DNA of 64,000 nt from Methanotrichaceae archaeon (GCA_963803145.1 CAWDLW010000020.1:153515-217514), one strand, 5' to 3'. Positions 48,180 through 59,269 are shown, counted from the first letter of the stretch. Notes: generated by a model from the sequence alone, not told the origin. Translations and numbers: made by a program.

Positions 48180-48825
48180 GGTGTTTCACCCTCGTATCCA
48201 GAAGATTCTGCAACATTTCGGTCTCTTCTTTGGATAACTGTGAATACTTTACAGGGGCCAAAGAGGAGAGGTGGTAACCGCTCTCGTCTTTGACCATGAT
48301 TATCTCCACCAAAGGCAGGCGGAAGACATCGTGAATCCTCTCAGCCAGCGATGACACATCAGGGCAGCAATTTATCGTCTTGCCGAAGATTGAGACGCAG
48401 GTTGTAACTGAGGCTGCATCGTTTATCTTCTGATAGCAGAATGGGTACTTGCCGTGGTTGGTGATGTGTTTAATGGCCTTCTTCGCCTCCTCCAGATTGC
48501 TTATCACGAAGTAGTCCGAAGGGGTTGAGAAGTAATTCAGCCCATATACTATCGCCGGCAGAGAGACGTACTGGTAAGAGATTACCCAATCGCATATTGG
48601 GATTCCAGCTAACTTAGCCTTCTCCAGGCAGATTGGGACGATGTAGGCATCAAGCACATCGCTGCTGCTCGGGACCGTATTGATGTCGTCATTTTCGTTT
48701 TTTACAATGGTGTAATAAGGCTCAGTTTTGTAGAAATAACTCTCATTAATTATATATTGAGAGTCATTGTCCTCCAATGTATACATTATATCCTTCTTAG
48801 GGATATGATCTTTACGTTTGTTCAT
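48172..48825 (-). CDS. RimK-like ATP-grasp N-terminal (RLAN) domain protein
   Basis: IINESYFYKTEPYY...VPS..DVLD and F.LPL pattern; overlaps the RimK start. Confidence 0.7.
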   Translation of the reverse strand: MNKRKDHIPKKDIMYTLEDNDSQYIINESYFYKTEPYYTIVKNENDDINTVPSSSDVLDAYIVPICLEKAKLAGIPICDWVISYQYVSLPAIVYGLNYFSTPSDYFVISNLEEAKKAIKHITNHGKYPFCYQKINDAASVTTCVSIFGKTINCCPDVSSLAERIHDVFRLPLVEIIMVKDESGYHLSSLAPVKYSQLSKEETEMLQNLLDTRVKHLE

Positions 48826-49162
48826 CTAGATCATCACCGCTGGACCAACGCCTAGGAAAATAGAAGATTTACCGAAAGAGAGACTGCTCTTATAAGGTCC
48901 ATTTCGAGGCAATCCCTTAGACGTATTTTCGTCTGTTATCCTACGGTGTCTACTAAGGCTACGGTGCCTGTCTGGATCCGTGGCGAGTTCATTCTCAGAA
49001 ATTTGGATCTCCTCAGAAAGTCCTATAATTAGTAAGTAGTATTTATCTGTGTCGACCGTAAGATCCCGACGGCATAGTCCTCCTCGTTGTGAGGTATCTC
49101 CATTCTTTTCGGCAAAAAGGTCTATGGGAGCAAAAAGATCCGAATGAAAGCTACTGAATCTT

Positions 49163-51292
49163 TTATTCTGCGCGGGTATTGGATATATCCAATAGCTCAA
49201 GCATCTTTTCAGCATCGTTCGTTGGCAGTTCACATTTATGGCCGATGCAAACGTAAGCTGTTGCTCTTCCATTCAACTGCGAAAGATCTTGGGTAAACTC
49301 CGCAATCTTATGGATTTCTTCTCCAGAGGCTACTATCACAACCTTGTTCGGCAAGAATCTCGATCTCAGGGCATCGAGCATTTTGCCTATCCCTTCTCCG
49401 CCTTTGCCATCTACAATAGCGATCTCATATGTGGGGCCAAGCGCAAAGTCCAGTGCACACATGAGCATTGTATAGCCGAACGGCTGCCTATTGATAGTGG
49501 CTGCAAATGTGCTACCGATTGCGTTAGCCCTCTCTTCGAAGGAAGGGTCTCCAATAAGATGAGACAGCTTGAGCAGGTTGAGCATTGCAACAGAGTTGCC
49601 GGAAGGCACAGCGCCATCGTATATCTCCTTCTGCCGAACCGGCAATAGCTCTCCATCATTGGGCGTAAAATACAGTCCGCCTGAAGCCTCATCCCAGAAA
49701 TGCTCGATCATTTCTCTGTTCAGCTCAAGTGCAACCTTGAGATACTGATCGTCAAAGACGGCCTCATAGAGCTCGGTCAGACCCCAAATTAGAAACGCGT
49801 AGTCATCCAGATTCCCGGCAATTCCAGCCTCATCCTTATAGCGATGAAGCAGCCTTCCATCAGACTTACGCATCTTCTGAAGAATAAAATCTGCTGCCTT
49901 CTTTGCCGCTTCAGCGTATCTTGGCTTATCAAAGATTTGTGCAGCCTCGGCAAGGGCAGCGATCATGAGGCCGTTCCAATCCGTGAGGATCTTATCATCC
50001 TTAGCTGGAGAATCGCGTTTCTCTCTGGCTGCAAGGAGTCTCTGCCTCATATCTTCAAGCTTGCTTCTCAGCTCTTCCTCAGGCATCCCAATTACGGATG
50101 CCGTGTCCTCCAAAGAAGCACGCATCCGCAGGATGTTTCTACCCTTCTCGAAATTTCCCGCATCTCGAATGTCGAATACCTTGGCGAAAAGGCTGTACTC
50201 TTCCTTATCCATGAGCTGCTTTAGCTCATCTGTGGTCCAAAGGTAAAACTTCCCTTCCTCACCTTCGCTATCGGCATCTTCGGCAGAATAAAAGACGCCC
50301 TCTAAGGAGGTCATCGCTCTCAGCACATATTCGATGATCTCGCTGGCAGTTCTTGCATAATCCTCCTTCCTCGTTGCCTGATATGCCTCAGCATATGCCA
50401 TTATCAGAAGCGCCTGATCATAGAGCATCTTCTCGAAGTGAGGAATGAACCATCCGGCATCTGTGGAATATCTATGAAATCCAAAGCCTATATGATCAAA
50501 AATGCCGCCTATGCGCATAGCCTCAAGTGTGGTCTCGACCATCTGAAGGGCGCTCGCATCCCGGCTTCTGAGCCAGTAGCGTAGCAGGAAAAGAAGGTTG
50601 TGGGGTGTAGGGAACTTCGGAGCCGTGCCGAAACCGCCGTTCTGGATATCAAAAGTTATTGAGAGGCCGCTGTAGGCTTCTGCCAGGGTTGATGCATCCA
50701 GCTTTTGCCCTGTTATCACACCCCTTTCTCGATCCTCTCCAGCTTGGGCATTCTTCAGGTTATCTATGATCGTATCTGCCGAGCTTAAAAGCTCCCCTCT
50801 CTGGTTCGTCCAGAGTCTTTTAATTGTGGGTATCAGCTCCTTCATTCCCATCTGGCCGAAGCGTCCGCTCTTTGGAATGTAGGTGGCAGCAAAGAACAGT
50901 CTCTTGTCGGGAGTCATAATAATAGTAAGGGGCCATCCGCCTCTTCCGGTCATCATCAGGCTGATAGCCATGTAGACCTGATCTATATCCGGCCGCTCTT
51001 CCCGATCTACTTTTATGCAGATAAAAGCATCATTCATCGCTTCTGCAACTGCAGGATCTTCGAAAGACTCATGGGCCATTACATGGCACCAGTGGCATGT
51101 CGAATAGCCTATTGAGAGAAAGATTGGCTTGTCCTCCTGCTTTGCACGGCTAAATGCATCATCGCCCCATGGATACCAATCTACAGGATTGTAGGCGTGC
51201 TGAAGCAGGTAGGGGCTCTTCTCGGAGATGAGACGGTTTGGTTTTCTTGACGGTTTTGATTCATTTTCATCAAAAGAATTATCTTCAGGCAT
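49163..51292 (-). CDS. Thioredoxin-domain protein, YyaL/SSP411 (DUF255) family
   Basis: [34 protein letters not shown] and PHFEKMLYD motifs. Confidence 0.93.
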   Translation of the reverse strand: MPEDNSFDENESKPSRKPNRLISEKSPYLLQHAYNPVDWYPWGDDAFSRAKQEDKPIFLSIGYSTCHWCHVMAHESFEDPAVAEAMNDAFICIKVDREERPDIDQVYMAISLMMTGRGGWPLTIIMTPDKRLFFAATYIPKSGRFGQMGMKELIPTIKRLWTNQRGELLSSADTIIDNLKNAQAGEDRERGVITGQKLDASTLAEAYSGLSITFDIQNGGFGTAPKFPTPHNLLFLLRYWLRSRDASALQMVETTLEAMRIGGIFDHIGFGFHRYSTDAGWFIPHFEKMLYDQALLIMAYAEAYQATRKEDYARTASEIIEYVLRAMTSLEGVFYSAEDADSEGEEGKFYLWTTDELKQLMDKEEYSLFAKVFDIRDAGNFEKGRNILRMRASLEDTASVIGMPEEELRSKLEDMRQRLLAAREKRDSPAKDDKILTDWNGLMIAALAEAAQIFDKPRYAEAAKKAADFILQKMRKSDGRLLHRYKDEAGIAGNLDDYAFLIWGLTELYEAVFDDQYLKVALELNREMIEHFWDEASGGLYFTPNDGELLPVRQKEIYDGAVPSGNSVAMLNLLKLSHLIGDPSFEERANAIGSTFAATINRQPFGYTMLMCALDFALGPTYEIAIVDGKGGEGIGKMLDALRSRFLPNKVVIVASGEEIHKIAEFTQDLSQLNGRATAYVCIGHKCELPTNDAEKMLELLDISNTRAE

Positions 51293-51472
51293 ATGACCTC
51301 TATCGACCCCGGATAAATTGCATGTATAAAGCGCTGTACATAGCGATCCGGCGGTTCTTTTTGAAAGTCCGTAGTATAACCAAATTAAATAGTATCGCTT
51401 AAGCTTTAAAATTTCTGTTTGACCGACAGATTAGAGATTGATTTCCAGAAGAAAGGTTAAAAATATACTGAA

Positions 51473-52657
51473 ATGGCATATGGGGTTATCATGCTTGAGA
51501 CTGCAATGAAACCAGCAAAACAAGATCGGCTGTTCTTCATTGATAATATTCGCTGGCTCATGATAGTCTTTGTTATCATGGTCCATGCAGCCGTAACCTA
51601 TTCTAGTATTGGGAGCTGGTACTATATCGAGCATCTGAAGCTCGATGCCGTTTCATTTGTGTTTTTCGCGGTTTTCCAGGCCTTCATGCAGGCCTATTTC
51701 ATGGGGCTTCTCTTCCTGATCGCTGGCTATTTCGTGCCTAATGCCTTTGATCGGAAGGGGTTCTTCAAGTTCTTAGGCGATCGAACAGTACGGCTGGGCA
51801 TTCCTACTCTGATCTATATGCTTTTCATAAATACAGTAATCGTTTATTATATCCTGGCTTTCCAGTGGACCAGCCCACGTCCGCCGATAGGGCAATTCCT
51901 CCTGGGATACATCCTGAGTCTGGATTTTCTAGGCGGAACAGGGCCGATGTGGTTCGCCCTGGCCCTTCTGATCTTTTCGGCGGCCTATCCAGTCTTCAGG
52001 CTATTTTTCCATAATTTAGAAAGGCCGCAGAGAGATGGCCCCCTTCCCGGACACCTGGCGGTTATAGGACTTGCCCTTCTTATCTCAATTTGTTCATTCA
52101 CCGTTCGCTTGGTTCAGCCGATCGGCACAAGCGTAATGAATATGCAGCTAGGCTTCTTCTCACAGTATATCATACTTTTCATTATAGGAATCATTGCTTA
52201 CCGGAAGAACTGGCTGGCCCGAATTCCATATTCCTTCGGAATGATCTGGTTCAAGATTGCGCTAGTCTGCGGATCAATCTTCTTTTTTGCAATTATAGTT
52301 TTGGGAGGAGGCATTTCAGGCGATTTTTCAAGGTATTCAGGTGGCTTTTACTGGCAGAGCGCAGCTTATGCCCTATGGGAATCCTTCTTCTGCGTGGGTG
52401 TTTCTCTTGGCATAATAGTGCACTTCAGGGAACGCTTTAACGAACAGGGCAAGTTTGCAAGATTTATGTCTCAAAACTCTTTCTCTGCCTATGTCTTCCA
52501 TGCGCCAATTCTTATACTGACCTCACTGGCCATTAGGAATTTCGCATGGCATCCCATTCTCAAGTTTATGGTCGCAATAACCATAGCAATTCCACTATGC
52601 TTTCTGGTAAGCCACTTGTTGTTAAGGCGAGTTCCTTTGCTTAAAAAGGTCCTGTGA
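51473..52657 (+). CDS. Acyltransferase-3 family membrane protein (OpgC-like)
   Basis: RLFFIDNIR....H, FMGLLFLIAGYF, RLGIP and GPMWF motifs; many TM segments. Confidence 0.88.
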   Translation: MAYGVIMLETAMKPAKQDRLFFIDNIRWLMIVFVIMVHAAVTYSSIGSWYYIEHLKLDAVSFVFFAVFQAFMQAYFMGLLFLIAGYFVPNAFDRKGFFKFLGDRTVRLGIPTLIYMLFINTVIVYYILAFQWTSPRPPIGQFLLGYILSLDFLGGTGPMWFALALLIFSAAYPVFRLFFHNLERPQRDGPLPGHLAVIGLALLISICSFTVRLVQPIGTSVMNMQLGFFSQYIILFIIGIIAYRKNWLARIPYSFGMIWFKIALVCGSIFFFAIIVLGGGISGDFSRYSGGFYWQSAAYALWESFFCVGVSLGIIVHFRERFNEQGKFARFMSQNSFSAYVFHAPILILTSLAIRNFAWHPILKFMVAITIAIPLCFLVSHLLLRRVPLLKKVL

Positions 52658-52670
52658 ATGCGCCATTGCA

Positions 52671-53372
52671 TCATTCTTGCGTGTCCTCAGATTCTTCATC
52701 GGTACCCTCAGTACCCTCTCCAGTACCACCAGATGACGAGCATTCCCCCTCAATACAGTGTGCACCAGATGAACAGACATTTCCACAATCTCCGCAGTTG
52801 TTATCGTCAAAAAGTGTATCTGCACACACTCCTCCACAACAGGTTTCACCATGCTGGCAGATATGTTCTCCCGAGCTGATATTGCCGCAGCCACCGCAAT
52901 TGTTGAGATCGTTATATGTATCAGTGCATTTCCCATCGCAGCAGGTCTCATCTGGCAGACAGCACTCCCCATCACAGCACTTTTGTTCCAGCTTGCAGAC
53001 GTGATCCCCTCGGCGGGGTTTATCTGCACAGCCGCCACAGTTCAACTCTGTGCTTATATTTGTGCACACTCCATTGCACAACTCCATACCTTTCGGACAG
53101 ACGATAGTTACATTATTGGAGTCATTTACAGGTTCGCATTTAAGGCAGATTGACGGTTTTTCAGCATCACTTAGCGATTTATTAATATCCTTTTTAATAT
53201 CATAATTTTTTATGGCAAGCTGAGCATCATCCATAGGCACTTTAGTTCCTTTCTCATCTATTACTGACATGTTTACTGTTCCTGAGCAAGCAAACTGTGC
53301 ATGTGATGGAATACATGCAAACATCATCAATAAGGCGATCAATATAATATAAGTTGACAGCTTGTTTGCCAT
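52671..53372 (-). CDS. Secreted Cys-rich protein with Stig1-like repeats
   Basis: Signal peptide; three (C)C.G.C.D...D.NNCG.CG units; acidic tail; GGAGG before ATG 53372. Confidence 0.78.
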   Translation of the reverse strand: MANKLSTYIILIALLMMFACIPSHAQFACSGTVNMSVIDEKGTKVPMDDAQLAIKNYDIKKDINKSLSDAEKPSICLKCEPVNDSNNVTIVCPKGMELCNGVCTNISTELNCGGCADKPRRGDHVCKLEQKCCDGECCLPDETCCDGKCTDTYNDLNNCGGCGNISSGEHICQHGETCCGGVCADTLFDDNNCGDCGNVCSSGAHCIEGECSSSGGTGEGTEGTDEESEDTQE

Positions 53373-53690
53373 CTTCTTACCTCCTACCTCAATCTTTGGT
53401 TTCATTTTTAATTATTATACCTTTCTATTTGACAGCATATCCAATCCATTACAAAACTACACTTCGCCTTTTTTAGCTAAGCACGGAAGCTCGTTACCAT
53501 CCAAAGATATGTGACGACTAATATGTAGGCCAAAGGCAGGGTAAATAGGCTATCGGTCAATGAATGCAAATTTGATAGGGAGTATAAATATCAAACCAAA
53601 ATACTATAGTAAAATATAATGGTCGTTAATCCTTTATCATAAGCTTTATTATCCCTAAGATTATTGATCTTGAGGAATGCATAAAGAGGG

Positions 53691-54806
53691 ATGGATAATA
53701 TGTACAACAAACGAGTAATCCTATATCTTTTGCTAGTTTCTCTAGCAGCATTTAACCCAATCATCACCTCAGCGGTGGGCCAGCAATCGAATTTCAATGG
53801 CTCTCAGGGATTTATCTTCGAACTAAATGACAGCCAGGTCAACAGCACAATAGGTAAATACCCACTCTTTGCTCTTGATGGCTACGCTACTTGGTGCGAG
53901 CCATGTAAAGAAATGAACGCCACCCTCCATAATCTCTCAAGTGAGCTTCAGGGCCAAATAGTCTTCGGGACGATCGATATCGAAAATAACACTGAGACCG
54001 CCCAAAGATACAACATAACTAACTATCCAACGCTTTTGATATACAAAAACGGAACTCTTGTCGATAAGGATATAGGGTTCGGCACAGAGTCAGAGCTCGT
54101 AAATACATTCAAGATGCTGATGCCGGGGCTGAACACAAGCAGAGTCAATCTTGTCCCCCAGCCGCAGACGATTACTGCATCGCCTGTTCTAAAACAGGGC
54201 GATATACCTTTGACAAACCTTGGCACGGATAAACCTGCTCAGCCTATGAAAGTAGATGATGGCACTCTCGCGTTTGCCCTGAACAAGTATCCTTTCTTCG
54301 TGTTGATGGGTTTCGCCGATTGGTGCGGCTACTGTAAAGAGATGAACGCAACTATACTAGAGCTATCGAATGAGCTTAAAGGCCAGGTTGCATTTGGCCT
54401 TATCAATGCTGAGAAGAACAACAATACATCCACCAAATATGATATCACATCCTATCCGAGGATTCTGATATTCAAGAATGGAAGCCTCGCTCAGACTCAG
54501 AGAGGATATACTGAAAAATCGAAGTTCGTAGAAATCCTCAAAGGAGTTGATCCGAGCTTGGATACTAGCCATGTCAATATTACTGCAGTACCTCAGCCTA
54601 CAACTGCCCCATCAAAGACGTCAACGCCTGCAGTAGCTCCATCCAACGCAGGGGCTACAGTGGTGGTCAAGGAACCAGTATCTGTGGAGGATCCTGCCAT
54701 GAAATATATCGATAGAATACTAAATGATACCCAGACGAATCGCACTTCAGGTGCTACAATCAATATCTTCATAATAAACGCTTGTCCGCAAAGCCAGGTT
54801 AAGTGA
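53691..54806 (+). CDS. Secreted two-domain thioredoxin (PDI-like)
   Basis: Signal peptide; WCEPC and WCGYC active sites, each followed by a YP cis-Pro motif. Confidence 0.88.
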   Translation: MDNMYNKRVILYLLLVSLAAFNPIITSAVGQQSNFNGSQGFIFELNDSQVNSTIGKYPLFALDGYATWCEPCKEMNATLHNLSSELQGQIVFGTIDIENNTETAQRYNITNYPTLLIYKNGTLVDKDIGFGTESELVNTFKMLMPGLNTSRVNLVPQPQTITASPVLKQGDIPLTNLGTDKPAQPMKVDDGTLAFALNKYPFFVLMGFADWCGYCKEMNATILELSNELKGQVAFGLINAEKNNNTSTKYDITSYPRILIFKNGSLAQTQRGYTEKSKFVEILKGVDPSLDTSHVNITAVPQPTTAPSKTSTPAVAPSNAGATVVVKEPVSVEDPAMKYIDRILNDTQTNRTSGATINIFIINACPQSQVK

Positions 54807-55002
54807 AAGCGATGGGTTAGTGAAAATCGAGCCGTACGGATGAGCGTTGATATCAGCACTGGTATCTGCCATCCATGGCTTGATACATTTTTTTTGACAA
54901 AATCGTAACACGACAAAATCATAATATATCGTTCTTCATATCTGACATATATCTTTAAGTAGGCAGCGATATCATTATAAACGTGATCTCGAGGAGGGAA
55001 CG

Positions 55003-55599
55003 ATGCATTCAAGCAAAATGAAATTTGCTGTCCCTATTCTTATCATTGCATGGCTTTTCGTCTCCTGCGCTCTATCCCAAGATGGTTCTGAAGGTAACGG
55101 CATGCAGGGAGTCCGTTATGTAGATCAACGCTACATTGTGGGAGGCGCCAATAGTAGCCAGTATTACATGGGTGAACAGCCTTTGGATTACGTAGCATTA
55201 ACCGATATAGGCCCGGCGGATAATACTAGTGTAGGAGCACCAAACTTTGGGCTTTCCAGTACAAGCTGCTCAGTTTGGACTGATAAAAAGCGGTATGGTA
55301 TTGGAGAAACAATAACAGTCTATTACAGTGTCAGCTTCCCTTGTACGATTCAAGCGATAATCGGAAGACCTGATGGTGTAGCATCAACGCTTGGCATTAT
55401 GGATGTGTACCCAGGCACTTTCTCCCAACAGGAGATTGCATCAGGGCCTTTAGGAACATATAATGTGATATTACAGGCAGTGGATGAGGGCGTGCAATGC
55501 AATGCGGGTTGTACTTATACTGTTGAGAGACCAGCATCGTTTAACCGAACGAATGGTTCCGGCCAGAATAGCTCTCAAGGCAACAGGAGCTCTATGTAA
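55003..55599 (+). CDS. Secreted protein with an Ig-like domain homologous to the giant protein's N-terminal domain
   Basis: CSVWTDKKRYGIGETIT...PDG...G...VIL versus CSVSTDKSQYNLGETVT...PDG...G...VIL. Confidence 0.75.
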   Translation: MHSSKMKFAVPILIIAWLFVSCALSQDGSEGNGMQGVRYVDQRYIVGGANSSQYYMGEQPLDYVALTDIGPADNTSVGAPNFGLSSTSCSVWTDKKRYGIGETITVYYSVSFPCTIQAIIGRPDGVASTLGIMDVYPGTFSQQEIASGPLGTYNVILQAVDEGVQCNAGCTYTVERPASFNRTNGSGQNSSQGNRSSM

Positions 55600-55661
55600 G
55601 ATTAGAATTTTACCGGAACTAATTAGGACGACATAAATCCCCAAGAGATCATCGTTAAGCC

Positions 55662-56294
55662 TCATTCAACCCCCATCTTCAAATAGCCTGGAGCCATTGG
55701 GCTTTGATGCAAGTTGCCATAATATTTTGATAACGGGTAGTACTCAGCACCAAACTGCACTGCTCCTGCCGTCTTTTCGCCTGCAAAGCTTGCGATGAAA
55801 GCGAGCATAAGATCAATACCTGCAGACACGCCAGCAGATGACCAGATGTTTCCATCATTTACAATTCGCTCTTCAACAACAGCGACATCTCCAAGTGCTC
55901 TCAAGCGGTCAAGAGATCCCCAATGGGTCGTGGCTTTCTTTCCGGATAGCAGTCCAGCCCGGTGCAATAAAAATGAACCTGTGCACACTGATAGCACGGC
56001 CTTGCAGTTCTTTGCCTGCCCAGCTATAAAATCCACCAGTGCCTGGTTTTCAACCTCTTTACGTGTTCCCTCACCACCAGGAACAAGAAGGAAATCCAAT
56101 GCTGGGCATTGCTCGAAGGATATGTGCGGATTAACGGACAGGCCCTTTGCGCAGATTACCGGCTCAGTTGACTGGGCAACAACGAAGCGATTCTCCGGTC
56201 CGCCAGCGACCTTGCTCCACATGCCGAGTATTTCCCATGGCCCAACAAAGTCCAGCTCCTCCACATTCGGGAATACAAGAACTCCGAAATTCAT
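55662..56294 (-). CDS. DJ-1/PfpI family protein
   Basis: ELDFVGP, VPGG, SVCTG, ATTHW and SAGVSAGID motifs. Confidence 0.92.
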   Translation of the reverse strand: MNFGVLVFPNVEELDFVGPWEILGMWSKVAGGPENRFVVAQSTEPVICAKGLSVNPHISFEQCPALDFLLVPGGEGTRKEVENQALVDFIAGQAKNCKAVLSVCTGSFLLHRAGLLSGKKATTHWGSLDRLRALGDVAVVEERIVNDGNIWSSAGVSAGIDLMLAFIASFAGEKTAGAVQFGAEYYPLSKYYGNLHQSPMAPGYLKMGVE

Positions 56295-56369
56295 GCGAAT
56301 TCCTCTATCACTATCCTATCAATATCATTGGTCAAACGTTATGATCTTCAGGGAATCTGGGCTTATTAG

Positions 56370-56478
56370 CTTCACCCAGCTGGCACCCAGCTAGCATCCA
56401 ACTAGCATTAGGCTAGCATCCAACTAGCACCCGACTAGCATCCAACTAGCATTAGGCTAGCATCCAACTAGCATCCGC
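56370..56478. repeat. 11-bp minisatellite (CTAGCATCCAA consensus), 9 units plus a partial, with 44-bp higher-order period
   Basis: Units read directly: variants ending CCCAG/CCCGA, TCCAA, TTAGG, TCCAA in a repeated order. Confidence 0.92.
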
Positions 56479-56530
56479 CCGGCCTGCCAGCCCCCGATGA
56501 TGGTCGAGCGACTGGTTACATGTTATACGA

Positions 56531-56926
56531 TTATCCATCAGCATTCCTTTTTACCAGCTGTATTGTATTGCCCCAGGGGTCGCTCAAAACTATTAAGTTC
56601 TCTCCCGGCCGCTTAATAGGACACTTTTCAATAAATGCAGCGCCCCTCGATACCAGATATTCGGCTTCTTTGTCGGGATCTTCGCTTTTCAAAGCGATAT
56701 GAAGCTGCAAGTGATGGCTCATTCCTTTAGTGAGAGGCAAGACGTTTGGAATCCTCCCTAATTCAAGCATAACCTTATCGCTTCCATCAGTGAGGAATGC
56801 GGCTCCTTTCTCTTCATCCTGGGCTGAGAACTTAATATTAAACCCCAAAGTTTCCTGATACCATTTCGCCATCTCGATGGGTTTTTCGACGCAGATTCCT
56901 ATATGCTCTATTTCGTACTTTTTCAC
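56531..56926 (-). CDS. VOC/glyoxalase family protein
   Basis: IEHIGI, WY...LGF, HIAL and DPWGN.IQL motifs. Confidence 0.88.
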   Translation of the reverse strand: MKKYEIEHIGICVEKPIEMAKWYQETLGFNIKFSAQDEEKGAAFLTDGSDKVMLELGRIPNVLPLTKGMSHHLQLHIALKSEDPDKEAEYLVSRGAAFIEKCPIKRPGENLIVLSDPWGNTIQLVKRNADG

Positions 56927-57153
56927 GATTTATATCTCCGTATAACAACGCGAGTCAGAGGTGCTCGATACCGTGTACGATGGATTCGATGCTTCTGTTC
57001 TACAGACTCAACTTCCGGAGATATAAACGGTTTAGGATCTTTAAGCCGCAAGACTGCATGGACTTGAAGGCTTCCCAATACTTGAGGCTGTAGATGTCAG
57101 TTCCATTTGCTTTTGTTCAACACTTCTCTTGATCGAAGACGAACTCTCTTTAT

Positions 57154-58161
57154 TCAACTATAATATCCCTTCAAGGCCCTGAGCGCATTTAAAGTGATCC
57201 ATTTGCTGGGCCTGCCCATTTCCTCGATGTCAACCTGAAATTTCCCGTTAAATGTATTGGCCAGCTTCCAGATGCCATTAGAGTCCTGCTTGGAGACCAC
57301 CAGATCAATGGCCTCTTGCATCCTCTCATCTCTGCATCCAAGGTTTGTCAATATCCTCAATATCTCCAAGATATCTGTCCCGTACATCAAAGGAAATCCA
57401 AATCGCTGCCATCCAGGTTTGGATACCTGGGTGAGGTTGTGACTTCTCTTGTGGATATGGTGCTTGAGCAGGTATTCAGTCCCCTCTTCGATGGCATGAT
57501 GAACTTCCGAAGACCTCTTGCCTGGCGGTATTTCTGACAGAGCCTTCAGGGCCTTGACTACACCCATGTGGCAGGTGTGTCTTCCCCAGCAATCTTCATG
57601 ATTATCATAAGGCCAGCTTTGCGGGGGGTTGGCTACAGCATCGTCAAACCTCTGGTATCTCGTAATAAAGCTTATTCCTCGCTGAACCCGTAGATCGCTG
57701 AAATATCCAAGCCTGATAAGGCTCCATACCATGTTTCCTGTAAGGCATGGAATCACCTCGCCATGCCTGCCTCCGCCAGTCTTGATGCTGTTATGCATTG
57801 AAAAGCCTCCGCTTTCTAGGTCCTGGGAGCGATCAAGCATGAACTCGCAGGCCTTTTTGATGCGGTCATCCTCTCCATCGGCCAGGTGCTCGGCTAAAAT
57901 GATGAGCTGCCAAACTGTTCCTTTGTACTTGCTGGCATATAGCCTTTCAGGATTTCCCCAATAGCCCTCTTCTTCCTGTTTGGCCAGGATCTGGGGGACG
58001 ATGCCCTTTACCATGATGTCACTCTTGGCTTTCACTACATCAGGATCGTTGGTAGGCCTTTCCAGGATGTCCACTAAAGTCAAGTATCGAACTGTTGGGT
58101 TGTCCTCTGCCAAGAGCCAGTCTGTTGGATCTGCGTTTAATAACGACCTCCAATTGCTCAT
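57154..58161 (-). CDS. Prenyltransferase/squalene-cyclase-like repeat protein
   Basis: Q...G.W-type repeats, YKGT.WQL, PCLTGN and SKWITL.AL motifs. Confidence 0.7.
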   Translation of the reverse strand: MSNWRSLLNADPTDWLLAEDNPTVRYLTLVDILERPTNDPDVVKAKSDIMVKGIVPQILAKQEEEGYWGNPERLYASKYKGTVWQLIILAEHLADGEDDRIKKACEFMLDRSQDLESGGFSMHNSIKTGGGRHGEVIPCLTGNMVWSLIRLGYFSDLRVQRGISFITRYQRFDDAVANPPQSWPYDNHEDCWGRHTCHMGVVKALKALSEIPPGKRSSEVHHAIEEGTEYLLKHHIHKRSHNLTQVSKPGWQRFGFPLMYGTDILEILRILTNLGCRDERMQEAIDLVVSKQDSNGIWKLANTFNGKFQVDIEEMGRPSKWITLNALRALKGYYS

Positions 58162-58339
58162 AGGTTCTTGTTCTATATGCAGGAATTAGAAACTATCGCT
58201 GCCTAATAATCCTTGATCGAGGCCCGTAGATCTTCATCTTCATCCAAATTGGATAAAATCACTCGCTAAATTGGGAGAGTAAGTTAAATATTATATAGCA
58301 GCAACTACTTTAGATATAATCAAATGTGAGGAAGTAAGA

Positions 58340-58951
58340 ATGACAAACTCAACTGATGGAAAATTGGAGTTGCTGACCGATAAGAATAGCGTTTTGGTTT
58401 TAGTGGACTTCCAGCCCTCTATGATCAGGAGTGTGGCTTCAGGAGACAAGGCTGTAATCAGGGCAGCTGCCTTCGGTGCAGCAAAGGCTGCGAGCATCCT
58501 GGGAGTTCCTGTAGTACTATCAACCATTAATCCCAAACATAATGGAGAGTTCTTCCCGGAGATCGCTAAGCTATTCCCGAGCCAGGAGGTATTTGCAAGA
58601 AAGGTTCCTAGCTTTGATGCATTTGAAGACGAAGGGACCTGGAACGCCTTCAAGAAAACAGGGAGAAGAAAAATGGTCGTATCCGGACTGTGGACAAGCA
58701 TGTGCTTTGCGTATACCGCTATTCATGCCATAAAAGAGGGGTATGAGGTTTATGGATTAATCGACGCTGCCGGCGATTCTACTCCGGAGGCTCACGAATA
58801 TGGAATCGATAGGATGCTGCAGGTCGGAGTCGTTCCGATGACTTTAGAGACATTGGTATCGGAGTGGATGCACGACTGGAGTAACCCAAAAGCTGGGGAG
58901 CTTGTCAAAGAGGTATATTCGAAGTATGGGGCGATGATCGGGCTTCAGTGA
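58340..58951 (+). CDS. Isochorismatase-family cysteine hydrolase (YcaC-like)
   Basis: LVDFQ and GLWTSMC motifs. Confidence 0.9.
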   Translation: MTNSTDGKLELLTDKNSVLVLVDFQPSMIRSVASGDKAVIRAAAFGAAKAASILGVPVVLSTINPKHNGEFFPEIAKLFPSQEVFARKVPSFDAFEDEGTWNAFKKTGRRKMVVSGLWTSMCFAYTAIHAIKEGYEVYGLIDAAGDSTPEAHEYGIDRMLQVGVVPMTLETLVSEWMHDWSNPKAGELVKEVYSKYGAMIGLQ

Positions 58952-59041
58952 TGTCGTATAGGTGACGCCAGATATCTTAGCTTTAATGATGCATCCAGTC
59001 CCTAAGTTTAATTAATCACATGCACATACACAGGCAATGCC

Positions 59042-59269
59042 ATGGCGAAAAGGACAATCAGCATAACTGAGGAGGCATATCAGAAGCTGAAAAGCCTTAA
59101 GCGCTCTGAGAAAGACAGCTTCTCCGATGTGATCATGAAATACTATCCCCCCAGGAGAAAGCTCTCTGAAATTCTAGCGGAAATTGGAGTCGATCACGAT
59201 CTTGCCGATTCAATAGAAGCCGTCTCTAAAGAAATGCGCCAGGCTAAGTTAAGAAAGGTTGAGCTTTAG
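59042..59269 (+). CDS. vapB: Archaeal VapB-type antitoxin (orphan)
   Basis: [12 protein letters not shown]...K....SFSDVI; no intact co-oriented toxin follows. Confidence 0.85.
   Translation: MAKRTISITEEAYQKLKSLKRSEKDSFSDVIMKYYPPRRKLSEILAEIGVDHDLADSIEAVSKEMRQAKLRKVEL

Noticed and set aside
48826-49272. 148-aa ORF as a precursor peptide for the ATP-grasp operon
   Set aside because: It overlaps the yyaL 3' end, spans the likely promoter region and has no repeated core motif
56370-56478. CRISPR array (also considered for 15612-15665)
   Set aside because: Units are 11 bp and contiguous, with no unique spacers and no cas genes
57154-58161. Nitrogenase iron protein (a label sometimes given to this family)
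   Set aside because: No P-loop GKGGIGKS and no NifH Cys motifs
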